64,000 nt of DNA, taken from NCBI GenBank assembly GCA_003523185.1, contig DPGN01000021.1, forward strand, positions 14,094 through 78,093, written 5' to 3'. The notes below the pieces were generated by a model. It did not search any database, was not told where the DNA came from, and saw only the letters and a list, made by a program, of their open reading frames with translations. Below are positions 1-10,504 of the stretch, piece by piece. Position numbers and translations under genes: made by a program. Every line of letters begins with the position of its first letter. The stretch's first letter is position 1. Source of the DNA: Halieaceae bacterium (GTDB lineage: Bacteria; Pseudomonadota; Gammaproteobacteria; Pseudomonadales; Halieaceae).

Positions 1-1
1 C

Positions 2-556
2 ATGCTCATCGGGGTGAGCCGCGGTGTTTTCTCTAATGAAGCAGGCGTTGGTACCGAGGTGATGGCGCATGGAGCGGCGAAGACCAATGAGCCCATTCGC
101 GAGGGAATGGTGGCCACCCTGGGACCCATTTTCGATACCTTGCTCGTGTGTACCTGTACGGCGCTTGTCATTTTGCTTGCAGGCCAGTGGCAGAACCCGG
201 GGGAGCTGTCGGGCATCACGCTCACCGCCAATGCAGTACAGAACGAAATGGGGACGGTGGGGCTGCTAGCACTCGGGTTTGTTGCGCTCATACTCAGCAC
301 TACAACGATGTTCACCGGTTGGTATTTCGGTGCTAAGTGTTTCGGATTTCTGGCGGGTGCCGAGTGGCAGCCGTACTTTCGATGGTTCTTTATCGCTGCT
401 GTTATCTTCGGCGCCAGCGTCAGCGTCGATGTCGTCTTCAATCTCATTTCGGGCAGTTATGGCCTGATGGCGCTTCCCACCATGGTCAGCACCATTATTT
501 TGGCGCCCAAAGTGATGACCGCTGCTCGAGACTATTTCCGCAGGCTCGAGTCATAG
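2..556 (+). CDS. sodium:alanine (AGCS family) symporter, C-terminal fragment (5' end outside window)
   Basis: Open from the window edge. 'GVFSNEAGVGT' motif and multiple hydrophobic helices are typical of alanine/glycine:cation symporters. Confidence 0.75.
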   Translation: MLIGVSRGVFSNEAGVGTEVMAHGAAKTNEPIREGMVATLGPIFDTLLVCTCTALVILLAGQWQNPGELSGITLTANAVQNEMGTVGLLALGFVALILSTTTMFTGWYFGAKCFGFLAGAEWQPYFRWFFIAAVIFGASVSVDVVFNLISGSYGLMALPTMVSTIILAPKVMTAARDYFRRLES

Positions 557-616
557 TGCACTCGCTTTTTTGCATGATGACGGGTAGCGTTAAATGAGAA
601 TAAGTGGAAATAAACT

Positions 617-895
617 ATGAGCGACGACATCAACCTTGATGGAATAGTGCTGAAGCGCGATACGGGCGTGCAGGACTTAGTGAAGTGGGTCGGTTACCTG
701 TTGATTCTGGTAGGCATTGTCTCGGGCTTTGCGATGCCTGGTGTGCTAGTCAATCATGCGGCTGAGTTAGTGGCCGTACTGGGTTTTATTGGCACGCTGA
801 CGTTTGTTGCATCCGGTGCTTTGTTTCTTGCACTTGCCAAGATCATCGAGCTGTTGCGTGAGATCCGCGATGCCAACCACACCATTGTCGACTGA
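617..895 (+). CDS. hypothetical small membrane protein (2 predicted TM helices)
   Basis: 92-aa ORF with two long hydrophobic stretches (LLILVGIVSGFAMPGVLV; VAVLGFIGTLTFVASGALFLALA). No recognisable family. Confidence 0.45.
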   Translation: MSDDINLDGIVLKRDTGVQDLVKWVGYLLILVGIVSGFAMPGVLVNHAAELVAVLGFIGTLTFVASGALFLALAKIIELLREIRDANHTIVD

Positions 896-1016
896 CCGAA
901 CAGTCTGGTGACGGGGGGTTGAGCTCACCAAGGTTTCTGTTCATAACGTGCACTAAAAGCGCCATTAGTTTTTGAAAGGAGTAGTTTGAGGCACTCAAAA
1001 CCTCAACGTCACAAGT

Positions 1017-2375
1017 ATGTTGCGTATTTTTCTTGCCATTGTCGTTATCGCTGCCTCAGCCGCACTATGGGTGCTGCACGGCGCAGCAAAAATTGGTGTG
1101 GGTTATTCCGCAAAACAATTGTGTTCCGGTGTCTTTGTAAGCCACCTACCGTCCGACTTTGTGCTTGAAAAGGACATTGTCCCCAGATTGAAAACCGTTG
1201 CCGGCATGGATCGATTCGCCAAAGCCAAGGTTGGCGAGACGTCGGCAACTGTATCCATACTGACTGCAACAGCTACGGCGAGCTATCGCGATGGTTACGG
1301 ATGCACACTTCACGCTGAAGAAACCTCGAACCCCGAGGCACTTCAGCAGGAGCGAGTTGAACGCAGCGTCACCACCGAGATAGTTGAATCAAGCAACCCC
1401 GTTGTCGAGTCGGCGATTGATGCGTTATTTGAGGAGCTCCCCGGCGGCGGGAGAAACACCTTGGCCGTCTTGATTATGCAGGGCGGAGAGATCGTCTCTG
1501 AGCGCTATGCTGCGCCGGTGGGTCCCCGGACCCGCCTTCAGGGCTGGTCAATGAACAAAAGTCTCATGGCCTCACTGGTGGGTATTCAGGTTGAGCGGGG
1601 TGCGATTGATCTTTCGATGCCAGTTAAAGAGCGACTCTTGGCATTGGGAATACCAGAATCTGAGGTGTCTAAGGTGGATGATGCGCTTACGCTCGAGCAC
1701 CTAATTACCATGGCGAGCGGGCTCGATTTCGATGAGCGCTATTTACCCGGTGATGACGTTACCGAAATGCTTTATGGCGGCGTACCCATGTGGCAGGTTC
1801 CGCTGGCGCAGGGCCATCGAGTAGCTCCGGGACAAGAGTTTGTGTATTCCAGCGGCGATACCAATGTGGTCTCGTATTTGTGGCAGGCCTCGCTGGAGGG
1901 AGAAGCCTACGCAGACTGGATTGATCGGGAGGTCAATCAGCGGTTGGGACTCGACAACCCGTTGCTCGAGCCCGATATCAGCGGTGTACAGGTGGGTTCT
2001 AGTTTTGCTTACCTGACGGCTCGTGATTGGGCTAAGTACGGTCAGTGGTGGCTGGATGCTTGGCATGGGCGTGATGCAGTTTTATCGAGCGACTGGCAAC
2101 AGCTTGCTGCAGCACCCAGTGCTACCGCAGATTTCTATGGCTTGAGCTTCTGGTTGAACACGCACTTTAGGGACTATCCCGGATTACCCGAAAATACGTT
2201 TCACGCCGGTGGCAATTCGGGCCAGTTCGTTATCGTGGCGCCGGAGGCCGAGCTCGTCATTGTCAGGCTGGGTTTGACGCTTGATGAGTCAGCGGTTGCA
2301 TTGGCAGAGCCGCTTGCAGACATTTATGCCGAGCTAATCAAGCCCGAACCCCTAGCGATTAACGTCAACCAATAA
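1017..2375 (+). CDS. serine hydrolase, beta-lactamase/transpeptidase-like family
   Basis: 452 aa. N-terminal hydrophobic anchor or signal. S-x-x-K motif 'GWSMNKSL' in the usual position for class-C-like beta-lactamase-fold hydrolases. Confidence 0.7.
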   Translation: MLRIFLAIVVIAASAALWVLHGAAKIGVGYSAKQLCSGVFVSHLPSDFVLEKDIVPRLKTVAGMDRFAKAKVGETSATVSILTATATASYRDGYGCTLHAEETSNPEALQQERVERSVTTEIVESSNPVVESAIDALFEELPGGGRNTLAVLIMQGGEIVSERYAAPVGPRTRLQGWSMNKSLMASLVGIQVERGAIDLSMPVKERLLALGIPESEVSKVDDALTLEHLITMASGLDFDERYLPGDDVTEMLYGGVPMWQVPLAQGHRVAPGQEFVYSSGDTNVVSYLWQASLEGEAYADWIDREVNQRLGLDNPLLEPDISGVQVGSSFAYLTARDWAKYGQWWLDAWHGRDAVLSSDWQQLAAAPSATADFYGLSFWLNTHFRDYPGLPENTFHAGGNSGQFVIVAPEAELVIVRLGLTLDESAVALAEPLADIYAELIKPEPLAINVNQ

Positions 2376-3335
2376 GCGACCGGTCACTTTTCCTGCCAGC
2401 ACGTCTGGTGCGACATCGTTGACATCGGATAACCCGATTTCAGTGACCATGCTTTCGAGTCGCTCAAGATCCATGTCACGAGCTAATCGAGCCCAGGCAG
2501 CCAGACGCGGCCCGCTCGGTGCCATGACACTATCAACGCCACGTAAAACAACGCCTCTCAGGATAAACGGCATGACCGTAGCTGGTAGCGCCGCACTTTC
2601 CGCAAGGCCGCAGGCTGTGACGACACCACCATAGCGGGTCTGTGCACAGGCGTTTGCCAGGGTGTTACCACCGACCGCGTCGACGACCCCTGCCCATTGC
2701 TCCGCCTGCAGTGGTTTGCCTGCCTCGGAGAGTGTGTTGCGCTCAATAATCGATGTCGCGCCAAGGTTCTTGAGGTAATCGGCAGCGTCAGGTTTCCCAG
2801 TGGACGCAGCGACCGAGAATCCTCGGGCGGCCAGCAGCGCAACCGCCACACTTCCTACGCCGCCGCTGGCACCGGTGACAAGGATGTCGCCATGGTCAGG
2901 CGTGACCCCTTGTGCCTCGAGCGCATCTACACAAAGCGAAGCGGTGTAGCCGGCTGTTCCAATGGCCATTGCATGACGGGTGCTGATATTTTGCGGCAGC
3001 TTCACCAGAAAGCTCGCCGGCACGCGCGCGTACTGGGCGAGTCCGCCTGAGTGACCTTCACCCATGCCCCAACCGTTAACTACCACGCGATCACCCACCT
3101 GCCAGTCAGGGTCATCACTCTCCTCAATGACTCCCGCTAGATCGATGCCCGGTACCAGAGGGTATTTCCTGATGATGGGCGCAGTCGCGGTCACCGCCAA
3201 CGCATCTTTGTAGTTGATGGTGCTGTAATCCACCTTGATCAGTACGCCTGAGTCGGCAAGTGCGCCTTTATCGATTTGCGTGACAGCGACCGTGTGCTGG
3301 TCGTTGTCCTTGGTGGCGAGCAATGCGTTAAACAT
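2352..3335 (-). CDS. acuI: acrylyl-CoA reductase / YhdH-family NADPH-dependent MDR oxidoreductase
   Basis: Collinear with recalled E. coli YhdH over the full length: 'STINYKDALAVT', 'PLVPGIDLAG', 'GWGMGEGHSGGLAQYARV', 'ILVTGASGGVGS', 'TVMPFILRGVVLRGVDSVM'. Confidence 0.85.
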   Translation of the reverse strand: MFNALLATKDNDQHTVAVTQIDKGALADSGVLIKVDYSTINYKDALAVTATAPIIRKYPLVPGIDLAGVIEESDDPDWQVGDRVVVNGWGMGEGHSGGLAQYARVPASFLVKLPQNISTRHAMAIGTAGYTASLCVDALEAQGVTPDHGDILVTGASGGVGSVAVALLAARGFSVAASTGKPDAADYLKNLGATSIIERNTLSEAGKPLQAEQWAGVVDAVGGNTLANACAQTRYGGVVTACGLAESAALPATVMPFILRGVVLRGVDSVMAPSGPRLAAWARLARDMDLERLESMVTEIGLSDVNDVAPDVLAGKVTGRLLVDVNR

Positions 3336-3504
3336 GGGTGATACCTCGAGTTTGTTTGGTTCTTATGATTGAGAATGCGCAGTGCAGAGAGTACGCGATA
3401 TCGATCTAAAAGAGATTACTTTTGGCGGATCTGTGCGTGCACTGGGTTGTGATTGCTCATTTCGGAAGGGCTGGTGTTATGGTGAGCAAAAAAGGATAAG
3501 CACC

Positions 3505-4659
3505 ATGTCAGTTCGCGTCATCAGAGAGCCTTTTCCCATCGTGTCTGTCGAGAAGTCATCTTTCAAAGAGACCTACGGCGGCGCCGAAGACATTGTCATG
3601 GTGTTTTGTACGCTTATTCGCACTGCAGAGCCATCGGAGACCTGTCTTGTCACCATGCATCCCATCGGCGGTACGGGTTGGTTACCGGTGATGAGTCAGT
3701 TTGCACGCGCCGGTGTTCACGTGCTGGCCTGTGACAGCCGCTACCGCGGCGCAGATTACGCGCTCAACATGGAAAAAGTGACCATGGACTTGGGCTCAGC
3801 CGTCCGTCACGCACGCGATGTACTGGGATACAAGCATGTAGTCCTCTTGGGCTGGAGTGGAGGAGGGTCGCTGTCCGCGTTTTATCAGGCTCAGGCTGAG
3901 CAGCCGACAGTGACATCGAGTCCCTGCGGTGGCGGCCCCGACCTGACCACTGCCGGTCTATTGCCGGCCCATGCCGTGGTCATGATGGCAGCACATGTCT
4001 CTCGCCACGGTACCCTCACCGAATGGATTGATCCGTCGATTACAGATGAGAACGACCCTGATAAACGAGACCCCGACCTCGATCTCTACTCAGGGCTGAT
4101 ACTGCCGCCCTATGAGCCGGATTTTCTGGCGCGTTACCGTGCAGCTCAGGTGGCGCGAAATCGCAAAATCACCGCCTGGGTAAAACATAAACTGGCTGAA
4201 CTTCGGGATGCGGGTCGAAAGAACGAGGAGTTCGCCTTTGTCACTCATGGCACCATGGCGGATCCGCGCTGGCTTGACCCGTCTGTCGACCCGAATGACC
4301 GGGTTCCCGGCACCTGTTATTTGGGGGACCCGAAGGTCGTGAATAATGGGCCGGTGGGCCTGGCGCGCTTTTGCACCCTGAGATCGTGGCTTTCGCAATG
4401 GAGTTTTGATGACGCCAATGCCTGTGGTCCAACCAGCTTGGCGAGAGTCAGCAAGCCGGTGTTGGTGGTTGGGAATACAGCCGATGATGCCTGCACTCCG
4501 AGCCATACGGATGCCTTGTTCGACGCCGTGACGCATGAACGCAAAGCCAAAGTTGAGATTAAGGGTGCTAACCATTACTACATGGGACAGCCAGAACTGG
4601 CGGCCGAGGCCACAGGCGCAGTTTTAGACTGGCTGCGGGAGTACGACTTCCCCGTCTAG
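3505..4659 (+). CDS. alpha/beta-fold hydrolase
   Basis: Nucleophile-elbow-like 'GWSGGG' motif. Start moved from 3382 to the ATG at 3505, which follows AAGGA at 3492-3496; the upstream extension is Cys/Arg-rich and looks non-coding. Confidence 0.65.
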   Translation: MSVRVIREPFPIVSVEKSSFKETYGGAEDIVMVFCTLIRTAEPSETCLVTMHPIGGTGWLPVMSQFARAGVHVLACDSRYRGADYALNMEKVTMDLGSAVRHARDVLGYKHVVLLGWSGGGSLSAFYQAQAEQPTVTSSPCGGGPDLTTAGLLPAHAVVMMAAHVSRHGTLTEWIDPSITDENDPDKRDPDLDLYSGLILPPYEPDFLARYRAAQVARNRKITAWVKHKLAELRDAGRKNEEFAFVTHGTMADPRWLDPSVDPNDRVPGTCYLGDPKVVNNGPVGLARFCTLRSWLSQWSFDDANACGPTSLARVSKPVLVVGNTADDACTPSHTDALFDAVTHERKAKVEIKGANHYYMGQPELAAEATGAVLDWLREYDFPV

Positions 4660-4676
4660 TGTCCGTCCATGGTGTC

Positions 4677-5378
4677 TTAGGCATCAGCTGACAAGCTCGG
4701 TGGTACTCGATCTTCGGCGCGCGTTTTGAAGTGGCTGTCGGCCATCTTCAACATCATCGGATACGCCTCTTTCGGGTAAGCGAGGTGTGGCTTTTCCGGA
4801 TCAAACCCCGGCTGTGCGACACTGCCGCCCTGTCCTGTGTAAGACGCCGGCTGCATGTACTGCTGAAGTTCCTCAGAAGAGATGCCTGCCAGCTCGACAA
4901 CCTCGGGGTCGATCCACATTCCTTGATTATCCAGCGGATGCTCCACTTGGTCGCTGGTCGCGACTTCGAGCGTCAGGTTCTCGGGGCCGGCAAAGTAGAT
5001 CGAATGGCACAAACCGTGATCGAGCGGCCCAAATACGGGTACGCCACGCGAGCGTATGCGGTCACGCATCGTCAGCAGCTCCTCCATGGTGTCAACGTTG
5101 AAAGCAATGTGTTGCATTGTGCCTGGTGCGGATGATCCGGCACCGGTGCCAGCGTGGGTCTGGCCCATGACGGTCTCTTTGTCCTCGTTTCCCGGGATGA
5201 AAACAAAGGAGAACGAAGCATCGCCCATCTGTAGAAAGGCATGCCAGGCATTGGGTACACCATGCATCCAAAATAAGCCCTGCAGTGACATGCCCAGCAC
5301 GTCTGAGAAAAATGCGATCTGCGATTTCATGTCGGCTGTTGAGATGGCGATATGGTGAACGGCGTTGGGTGTGGTCAT
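4677..5378 (-). CDS. VOC family protein (glyoxalase / extradiol-dioxygenase fold, two modules)
   Basis: Two repeats of the VOC pattern ('VHHIAISTADMKSQIAFFSDVLGM' and 'MQHIAFNVDTMEELLTMRDRI'). Start set to the ATG at 5378, preceded by GGAGGA. Confidence 0.7.
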   Translation of the reverse strand: MTTPNAVHHIAISTADMKSQIAFFSDVLGMSLQGLFWMHGVPNAWHAFLQMGDASFSFVFIPGNEDKETVMGQTHAGTGAGSSAPGTMQHIAFNVDTMEELLTMRDRIRSRGVPVFGPLDHGLCHSIYFAGPENLTLEVATSDQVEHPLDNQGMWIDPEVVELAGISSEELQQYMQPASYTGQGGSVAQPGFDPEKPHLAYPKEAYPMMLKMADSHFKTRAEDRVPPSLSADA

Positions 5379-5557
5379 AGTCCACTTTCCTCCATTTATT
5401 GATCTGAGTCTGCCGAGTGCAGGGGTGCTGATCAATAGGGCTGTTCTATAGACACCTTCCGGGAGTCATTTACTATGCCTAAGAGCGATCGTTGGCGAAC
5501 AATGACGGGCGCGAAAAAAAGAGCAATAAAAAAAGCAAAAATGAGAGCGAGGTTAGT

Positions 5558-6448
5558 ATGGCGACGATCGAACACCTAAGCGCTGACGCGACCACCGATG
5601 CAATTGTCGAAGTGCTGGAGCGCGATGGCGCCGTCATCATCGACGGACTGATGGCATCGAATGAGGTGCAGCGTCTGAACGATGATTTAGCGCCATTTTT
5701 ATCCAAAGAAGTGTACGGGCGTGACGAGTTCACTGGCTATAAAACTCAGCGTATTGGCGCACTCGTTGCTCGCTCTCAGGCCTGCCAGAGCGTTGCGGTA
5801 AATCCACTGATGCTTTCTTCCGCACGCCAGTATTTGGCGCAGTTCTGTGACGACATTCAGTTGCACTTCACGTCGGCTGTGGCCATAGCGCCAGGCGAGA
5901 GTGCTCAAATACTCCATCGCGACCGCGGCATATGGGGTGGTTATCTACCCCGCCGTGTAGAGCCCTTGTTTAGCACTATCTGGGCAATCACACCCTTTAC
6001 AAAGGAAAATGGTGCGACCCAGGTCGTGCCAGGTTCACACCAGTGGGATAAGGACCGATTACCCGAGGCTCATGAGATTGCTTACGCCGAAATGGCGCCC
6101 GGGTCAGTACTTTGTTACACCGGAACAGTGCTCCATGGCGGGGGTGCTAACGCGACGACCGACGAGGTGCGGACCGGTGTCTTTATGCACTACGCCCTCA
6201 GCTGGTTGCGCCAGGAAGAGAACCAATACCTCTCTTGCCCACCGAATCATGCAAGCAAGTTGAGCCCGGAGCTCCGAGCACTCATTGGCTATTCTAAGGG
6301 CGGCTATGTGCTTGGCTTCTACTCTGATCCAGATGATGACTCCGGCCGGCACGAGTCAGTCAGCCCGGAGAATATGTTCAGTCAACGGGCTGAACGATTT
6401 GGTGCCATCGAAGGCGCTGATCACGTTGTTTCTTCTTCCATGAAGTGA
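5558..6448 (+). CDS. phytanoyl-CoA dioxygenase (PhyH) family Fe(II)/2-oxoglutarate oxygenase
   Basis: H-x-D 'LHRD' and distal His 'VLHGGGAN' with PhyH-like spacing. Start moved to the ATG at 5558; the Lys-rich upstream extension is AT-rich leader. Confidence 0.7.
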   Translation: MATIEHLSADATTDAIVEVLERDGAVIIDGLMASNEVQRLNDDLAPFLSKEVYGRDEFTGYKTQRIGALVARSQACQSVAVNPLMLSSARQYLAQFCDDIQLHFTSAVAIAPGESAQILHRDRGIWGGYLPRRVEPLFSTIWAITPFTKENGATQVVPGSHQWDKDRLPEAHEIAYAEMAPGSVLCYTGTVLHGGGANATTDEVRTGVFMHYALSWLRQEENQYLSCPPNHASKLSPELRALIGYSKGGYVLGFYSDPDDDSGRHESVSPENMFSQRAERFGAIEGADHVVSSSMK

Positions 6449-6499
6449 GGGAAGAGACAGGGTAGATATCGCGAGCCACAGCTTGAGGGAGGTTGAGGA

Positions 6500-6877
6500 A
6501 TGATCAAGGTAGTCACGTTGTTATTTAAACGACCCGATCTATCGGCCGAGGAGTTTCGTGACTACTACGAGTCGCATCATCGCCTTCTAGGTGAGAAATA
6601 CTTAAGTCCTCACGCACTGAAATACATTCGGCGTTATCCGATCCTGGCCGGGGATGGGGCCGAGACACCAGGCTTCGACGTGATGATGGAAGTCTGGTTC
6701 GACAACTATTACTCCATGGAAGCCGCCATGGCGGACATGAGTACCGAGGCCGCTCAACACGAACTTGCGGAGGATGAAGAGCAGTTGTTTGACCGTGAAC
6801 GGACGCAAAGTTTCATTGTCGATGAGTGTGAATCGGACTTGGATGATGACGACCGAGACGAACTCGCCGACGGTTGA
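6500..6877 (+). CDS. EthD domain protein with acidic C-terminal tail
   Basis: N-terminus 'MIKVVTLLFKRPDLSAEEFRDYYESHH' matches the EthD pattern. GGAGG RBS upstream. Confidence 0.65.
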   Translation: MIKVVTLLFKRPDLSAEEFRDYYESHHRLLGEKYLSPHALKYIRRYPILAGDGAETPGFDVMMEVWFDNYYSMEAAMADMSTEAAQHELAEDEEQLFDRERTQSFIVDECESDLDDDDRDELADG

Positions 6878-7015
6878 CCACTAGACACGAAGCCGCCCCC
6901 GGCGGCTCGCAAACTCGAGCATTATCGTCCGCTAGCTTGAAACTGCATAAGCCAGCAAGGCCAGTAGTGTTCTTCTGTCGTCCGCGAGCGGGGACAGAAA
7001 GAACCGGTCGTTGAT

Positions 7016-9292
7016 TTAATCTCGCTTGCTCAAAATTTCGGCGGCTGCCAGTGCACTGACGTTGAAAATCGCACGAGGTGTGGCCGAGTTCACCATGATA
7101 TGTGCAGGGCGCTTGAGTCCTGACATGTAGGGCCCAATTAGCAGGCCATTGGCTTTTTGGCGCAACAGGCCCAGGGCGATATTGGCCGCGTCGAGCCCGG
7201 GGAAGACGAGTAAATTAGCTTTGCCTTGCAGCCGACTGTCATCGTAAATCGTTTGACGGTAAGCCGAGTCGAGCGCTGTCAGTGAATGCATTTCACCGTC
7301 AATTTCCACATCGGGAAGTCGCTCGCGCAAAATCTCACTCGCCTGACGCATTTTGCGTGCAGATGGCGCGTTTGAGGAGCCAAAGTTGGAGTGAGATAAG
7401 AGCGCCACTCTGGGGGTGATGCCAAACTGTCGAACCTGCTCAATACCCAGCAGTGTCTTGGAGACGATTTGATCGACAGTGGGATCCAAGTCGATAAAAC
7501 AGTCGGTTAGGAAAAGCGGACCATCATCGAACAACAACGTCGTAAGGGTCGATGCGCGAACGTCTGAGCCTTGTATGCCAATGACCGAGCGGAGTGTTTG
7601 GAAGTGGTCGGTAAAACGACCCACCTTTCCACAGATCATGCCATCAGCATCGCCGTTACGCAGCGCCATGGCTGCGATAACGGTGCTATCCGTACGCAAG
7701 AGTACGCTACTGCGCTCTACCGATACGCCGCTTCGGCCGGCTATCTGGTGATAGTCCTGTGAGTACTCTTCGTATTTGTCGTAGCTACGCGGATTGATGA
7801 CGTCAACATCTTCACCCAAACGAATGCGTAAGCCGAGATCCTCGATGATCTCATTCAGCGCAGAAGGCCGTCCGACGAGAATGGGGCGAGCAATGGCTTC
7901 ATCGACCACAGTTTGTACCGCGCGAATCACGGTTTCGTTTTCCGCATCCGAGTAAACTAGCTTCAGTCCACTATTGGTGGCTGCGTTGATTACCGGCTGC
8001 ATGAACATGCCTGACCGGTTGACGTGCTTGCTCAGAGTTCGGCGATACTCATCGATATCTTCAATCGGCCGACTCGCGACGCCCGTTTTCATGGCTGCTT
8101 CGACAACGGCAACCGGTACTCGCTCAAAAAGGCGAGGATCAAACGGTTTCGGAATGATGTACTCCGGACCAAATTTCAACGACTGACCATCGTAAGCCAA
8201 GGCAACTTCTTCTGATGCCTCCTGCTGTGCTAGGTCAACAAGCCCATAGGCACAGGCGATCTTCATTTCGTCGTTGATGCTTGTCGCACCGCAGTCCAAT
8301 GCGCCTCGAAACAGGAAGGGGAAGCAGAGAACGTTGTTTACCTGATTGGGAAAGTCCGAACGACCGGTGCCGATAATCGCATCGGGGCGCGCTTCCCTCG
8401 CGAGATCCGGATGAATCTCTGGATTTGGGTTTGCCATGGCCAAAATAAGGGGGTTCGGCGCCATTTGCTTAACCATGTCTTGGGTCACACAGTCGCCGGT
8501 TGAGAGACCAAAGAAGATGTCCGCACCTTCCATTGCTTCGGCGAGCGTTCGCTTATCTGTATCGCGCGCGTAACGCGCTTTGAATTCGTTCATGCCCTCG
8601 GTTCGGCCTTCATAGATGAGGCCCTTGCTGTCGCACATGAATACGTTTTCACGCTTGAGACCCAAACTCACAATCAGGTCTGCGCATGACATGCTGGCGG
8701 AGCCTGCGCCAGAGATAACGAGTTTGACCTCTTCCATTTTTTTGCCGGTCAGCTTCAACCATGAGATGACTGCCGCCGTGGACACCACCGCTGTACCGTG
8801 CTGGTCGTCGTGAAATACAGGAATGTTCATTCGCTCGCGGAGCTGACGTTCAACGTAAAAACACTCAGGTGCTTTGATGTCTTCCAGCACGATGCCACCA
8901 AAGGTTGGTTCAAGCGCGGCGATGATATTGACGAGTTTTTCAGGGTCGCGTTCGTCGATCTCAAGATCAAACGTGTCGATATCGGAAAACTTCTTCATGA
9001 GGACAGCCTTGCCCTCCATAACAGGCTTTGATGCCAGTGCGCCAATAGGGCCCAGGCCCAATACGGCCGTACCGTTGCTGATGACTGCAACGAGGTTGCC
9101 TCGGGCCGTGACTTTTGATGCGTTAAGAGGATCCTCGACAATGTATTCGCAGGCGTGTGCAACACCGGGCGAGTAGGCCATAGACAGGTCTGCCTGAGTT
9201 TCAAGTGGCGTCGTTGCTCTGATTTCCAGCTTCCCGGGCTTTCCCTCGATGTGATACTTGAGGGATTCCTCTTTGAACGTAGGCTTCTCCAT
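7016..9292 (-). CDS. maeB: NADP-dependent malic enzyme (malic enzyme domain fused to PTA-like C-terminal domain)
   Basis: ~758 aa. N-terminal malic enzyme region ('[10 protein letters not shown]', 'ISGAGSA' dinucleotide fold) plus a phosphate-acetyltransferase-like C-terminal half, the MaeB architecture. Start set to the ATG at 9292. Confidence 0.9.
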   Translation of the reverse strand: MEKPTFKEESLKYHIEGKPGKLEIRATTPLETQADLSMAYSPGVAHACEYIVEDPLNASKVTARGNLVAVISNGTAVLGLGPIGALASKPVMEGKAVLMKKFSDIDTFDLEIDERDPEKLVNIIAALEPTFGGIVLEDIKAPECFYVERQLRERMNIPVFHDDQHGTAVVSTAAVISWLKLTGKKMEEVKLVISGAGSASMSCADLIVSLGLKRENVFMCDSKGLIYEGRTEGMNEFKARYARDTDKRTLAEAMEGADIFFGLSTGDCVTQDMVKQMAPNPLILAMANPNPEIHPDLAREARPDAIIGTGRSDFPNQVNNVLCFPFLFRGALDCGATSINDEMKIACAYGLVDLAQQEASEEVALAYDGQSLKFGPEYIIPKPFDPRLFERVPVAVVEAAMKTGVASRPIEDIDEYRRTLSKHVNRSGMFMQPVINAATNSGLKLVYSDAENETVIRAVQTVVDEAIARPILVGRPSALNEIIEDLGLRIRLGEDVDVINPRSYDKYEEYSQDYHQIAGRSGVSVERSSVLLRTDSTVIAAMALRNGDADGMICGKVGRFTDHFQTLRSVIGIQGSDVRASTLTTLLFDDGPLFLTDCFIDLDPTVDQIVSKTLLGIEQVRQFGITPRVALLSHSNFGSSNAPSARKMRQASEILRERLPDVEIDGEMHSLTALDSAYRQTIYDDSRLQGKANLLVFPGLDAANIALGLLRQKANGLLIGPYMSGLKRPAHIMVNSATPRAIFNVSALAAAEILSKRD

Positions 9293-9565
9293 TAGAGACT
9301 CCAATGTGTGAGTGAGTGGGTTCGCTCGTTGCGATTGCAAAGAGGAACAGTTGGCTACTTATTAATAGCACTAGGTGAATAGGCTAAGTGAAACACGAAA
9401 CGGGTGGTTTCACGGCGCATACCAGTCATTCTGTGACAAATTGCGCCTAAACGTACGAGTATCTTGAGAGCTTGGTTCCCTCAGAGCACCGTTTGCCAGC
9501 TTTTAGTCTCAGTACACGTAGTCTCGGATCGCGCGCTGGCCTTAATTTATGTTTTGGGATTCGAG

Positions 9566-9598
9566 AAACAAAAAAGCCTCACCAAGGGGCGAGGCTTT
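9566..9598 (-). terminator. rho-independent terminator downstream of the SDR gene
   Basis: Minus strand reads AAAGCCTCGCCCCTTGGTGAGGCTTTTTTGTTTC: a GC-rich stem (AGCCTC/GAGGCT plus inner pairs) followed by a T-tract, about 30 nt after the stop at 9627. Confidence 0.7.
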
Positions 9599-9626
9599 CA
9601 GTCGGCACAGGCCGGCATTTTGTAGC

Positions 9627-10406
9627 TTACTTTGGTGGCATTCGGATGCCGCCGTCCAATCGAATGACTTCTGCATTCATGTAGGGGTTGGTGATGCAGT
9701 CAATGACCGAGAACGCAAGTTCCTCAGCGCTTCCCAGACGCTTGGGGAACAGCACTGATTTACCTAGGTGTGCTTTAAATGCGTCTGACTCGGGACCTTC
9801 TCCATAAATAGGTGTGTCAATTAGGCCAGGTGCGACCGTATTGACCCGAACACCAACGGCGGCGAGATCCCTTGCGATAGGCAGCGCCATACCCACAACG
9901 CCCGCTTTGGAGGCCGAGTAGGCACACTGTCCAATCTGTCCGTCGAAGGCAGCGGCCGACGCAAGATTCACGATCGCGCCTCTGCCACCGTCATCATCCA
10001 GTGGTTCCTGCTTCGCCATTTGTGCCGCTGCGCGACTGAGCATGTTGAAGGTGCCAATCAGGTTGACCTTGATAACAAAGCTGAATTTATCGAGCGGGAA
10101 GGGCTCGCCATCGCGGCTGACGGTACGGCCAGCGGCACCCAAGCCTGCCGAGTTCACACAGGCACGCAATGGGCCCAGTGCTGCCGCAGCGGCGACCGCT
10201 GCATCGGCGTCTTCGATACTCGATACGTCGCACTTTACGAACGCGCCACCAATCTCGTCAGCAACCTGCTGACCGCGCTCCTCATTGAGGTCGGCAATAA
10301 CGACCTTGGAGCCTAAGTCCGCTAGTTGTCGGGCGCATGCCTCTCCAATCCCCGATGCACCTCCGGTGACGATTGAAGAGCTACCCTCTAAATTTACTCG
10401 CGGCAT
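9627..10406 (-). CDS. SDR family oxidoreductase (3-hydroxyacyl-CoA dehydrogenase type-2-like)
   Basis: 'TGGASGIG' cofactor motif and 'YSASKAG' catalytic Y-x3-K. 259 aa. Confidence 0.85.
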   Translation of the reverse strand: MPRVNLEGSSSIVTGGASGIGEACARQLADLGSKVVIADLNEERGQQVADEIGGAFVKCDVSSIEDADAAVAAAAALGPLRACVNSAGLGAAGRTVSRDGEPFPLDKFSFVIKVNLIGTFNMLSRAAAQMAKQEPLDDDGGRGAIVNLASAAAFDGQIGQCAYSASKAGVVGMALPIARDLAAVGVRVNTVAPGLIDTPIYGEGPESDAFKAHLGKSVLFPKRLGSAEELAFSVIDCITNPYMNAEVIRLDGGIRMPPK

Positions 10407-10504
10407 ACCGCTTCTCCTTATTGTGTTAGATGAATTGTGAGCAACGCTAAGCGTCCGGCAAGACGCCTATAATTGCAATTACCTGTCTATGAAACGCGCA
10501 GATC

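Noticed and set aside
3382-3504. N-terminal extensions in the ORF track (also 5492-5557, 13446-13535, 28732-28887, 53963-54085, 54124-54195, 9293-9340, 5379-5435).
   Set aside because: The extensions are compositionally odd (Cys/Arg/Lys-rich), lie in AT-rich leader DNA and lack homology logic. Internal ATGs with Shine-Dalgarno sequences coincide with the N-termini of the recognised families.
9293-9565. Unusually long (~270 nt) non-coding stretch upstream of maeB. A sigma-54-like 'GAGCAC-N3-TTGC' is at about 9487-9499.
   Set aside because: The spacing is wrong for a -24/-12 promoter and it is on the wrong strand for maeB. No convincing structured RNA or ORF was seen.
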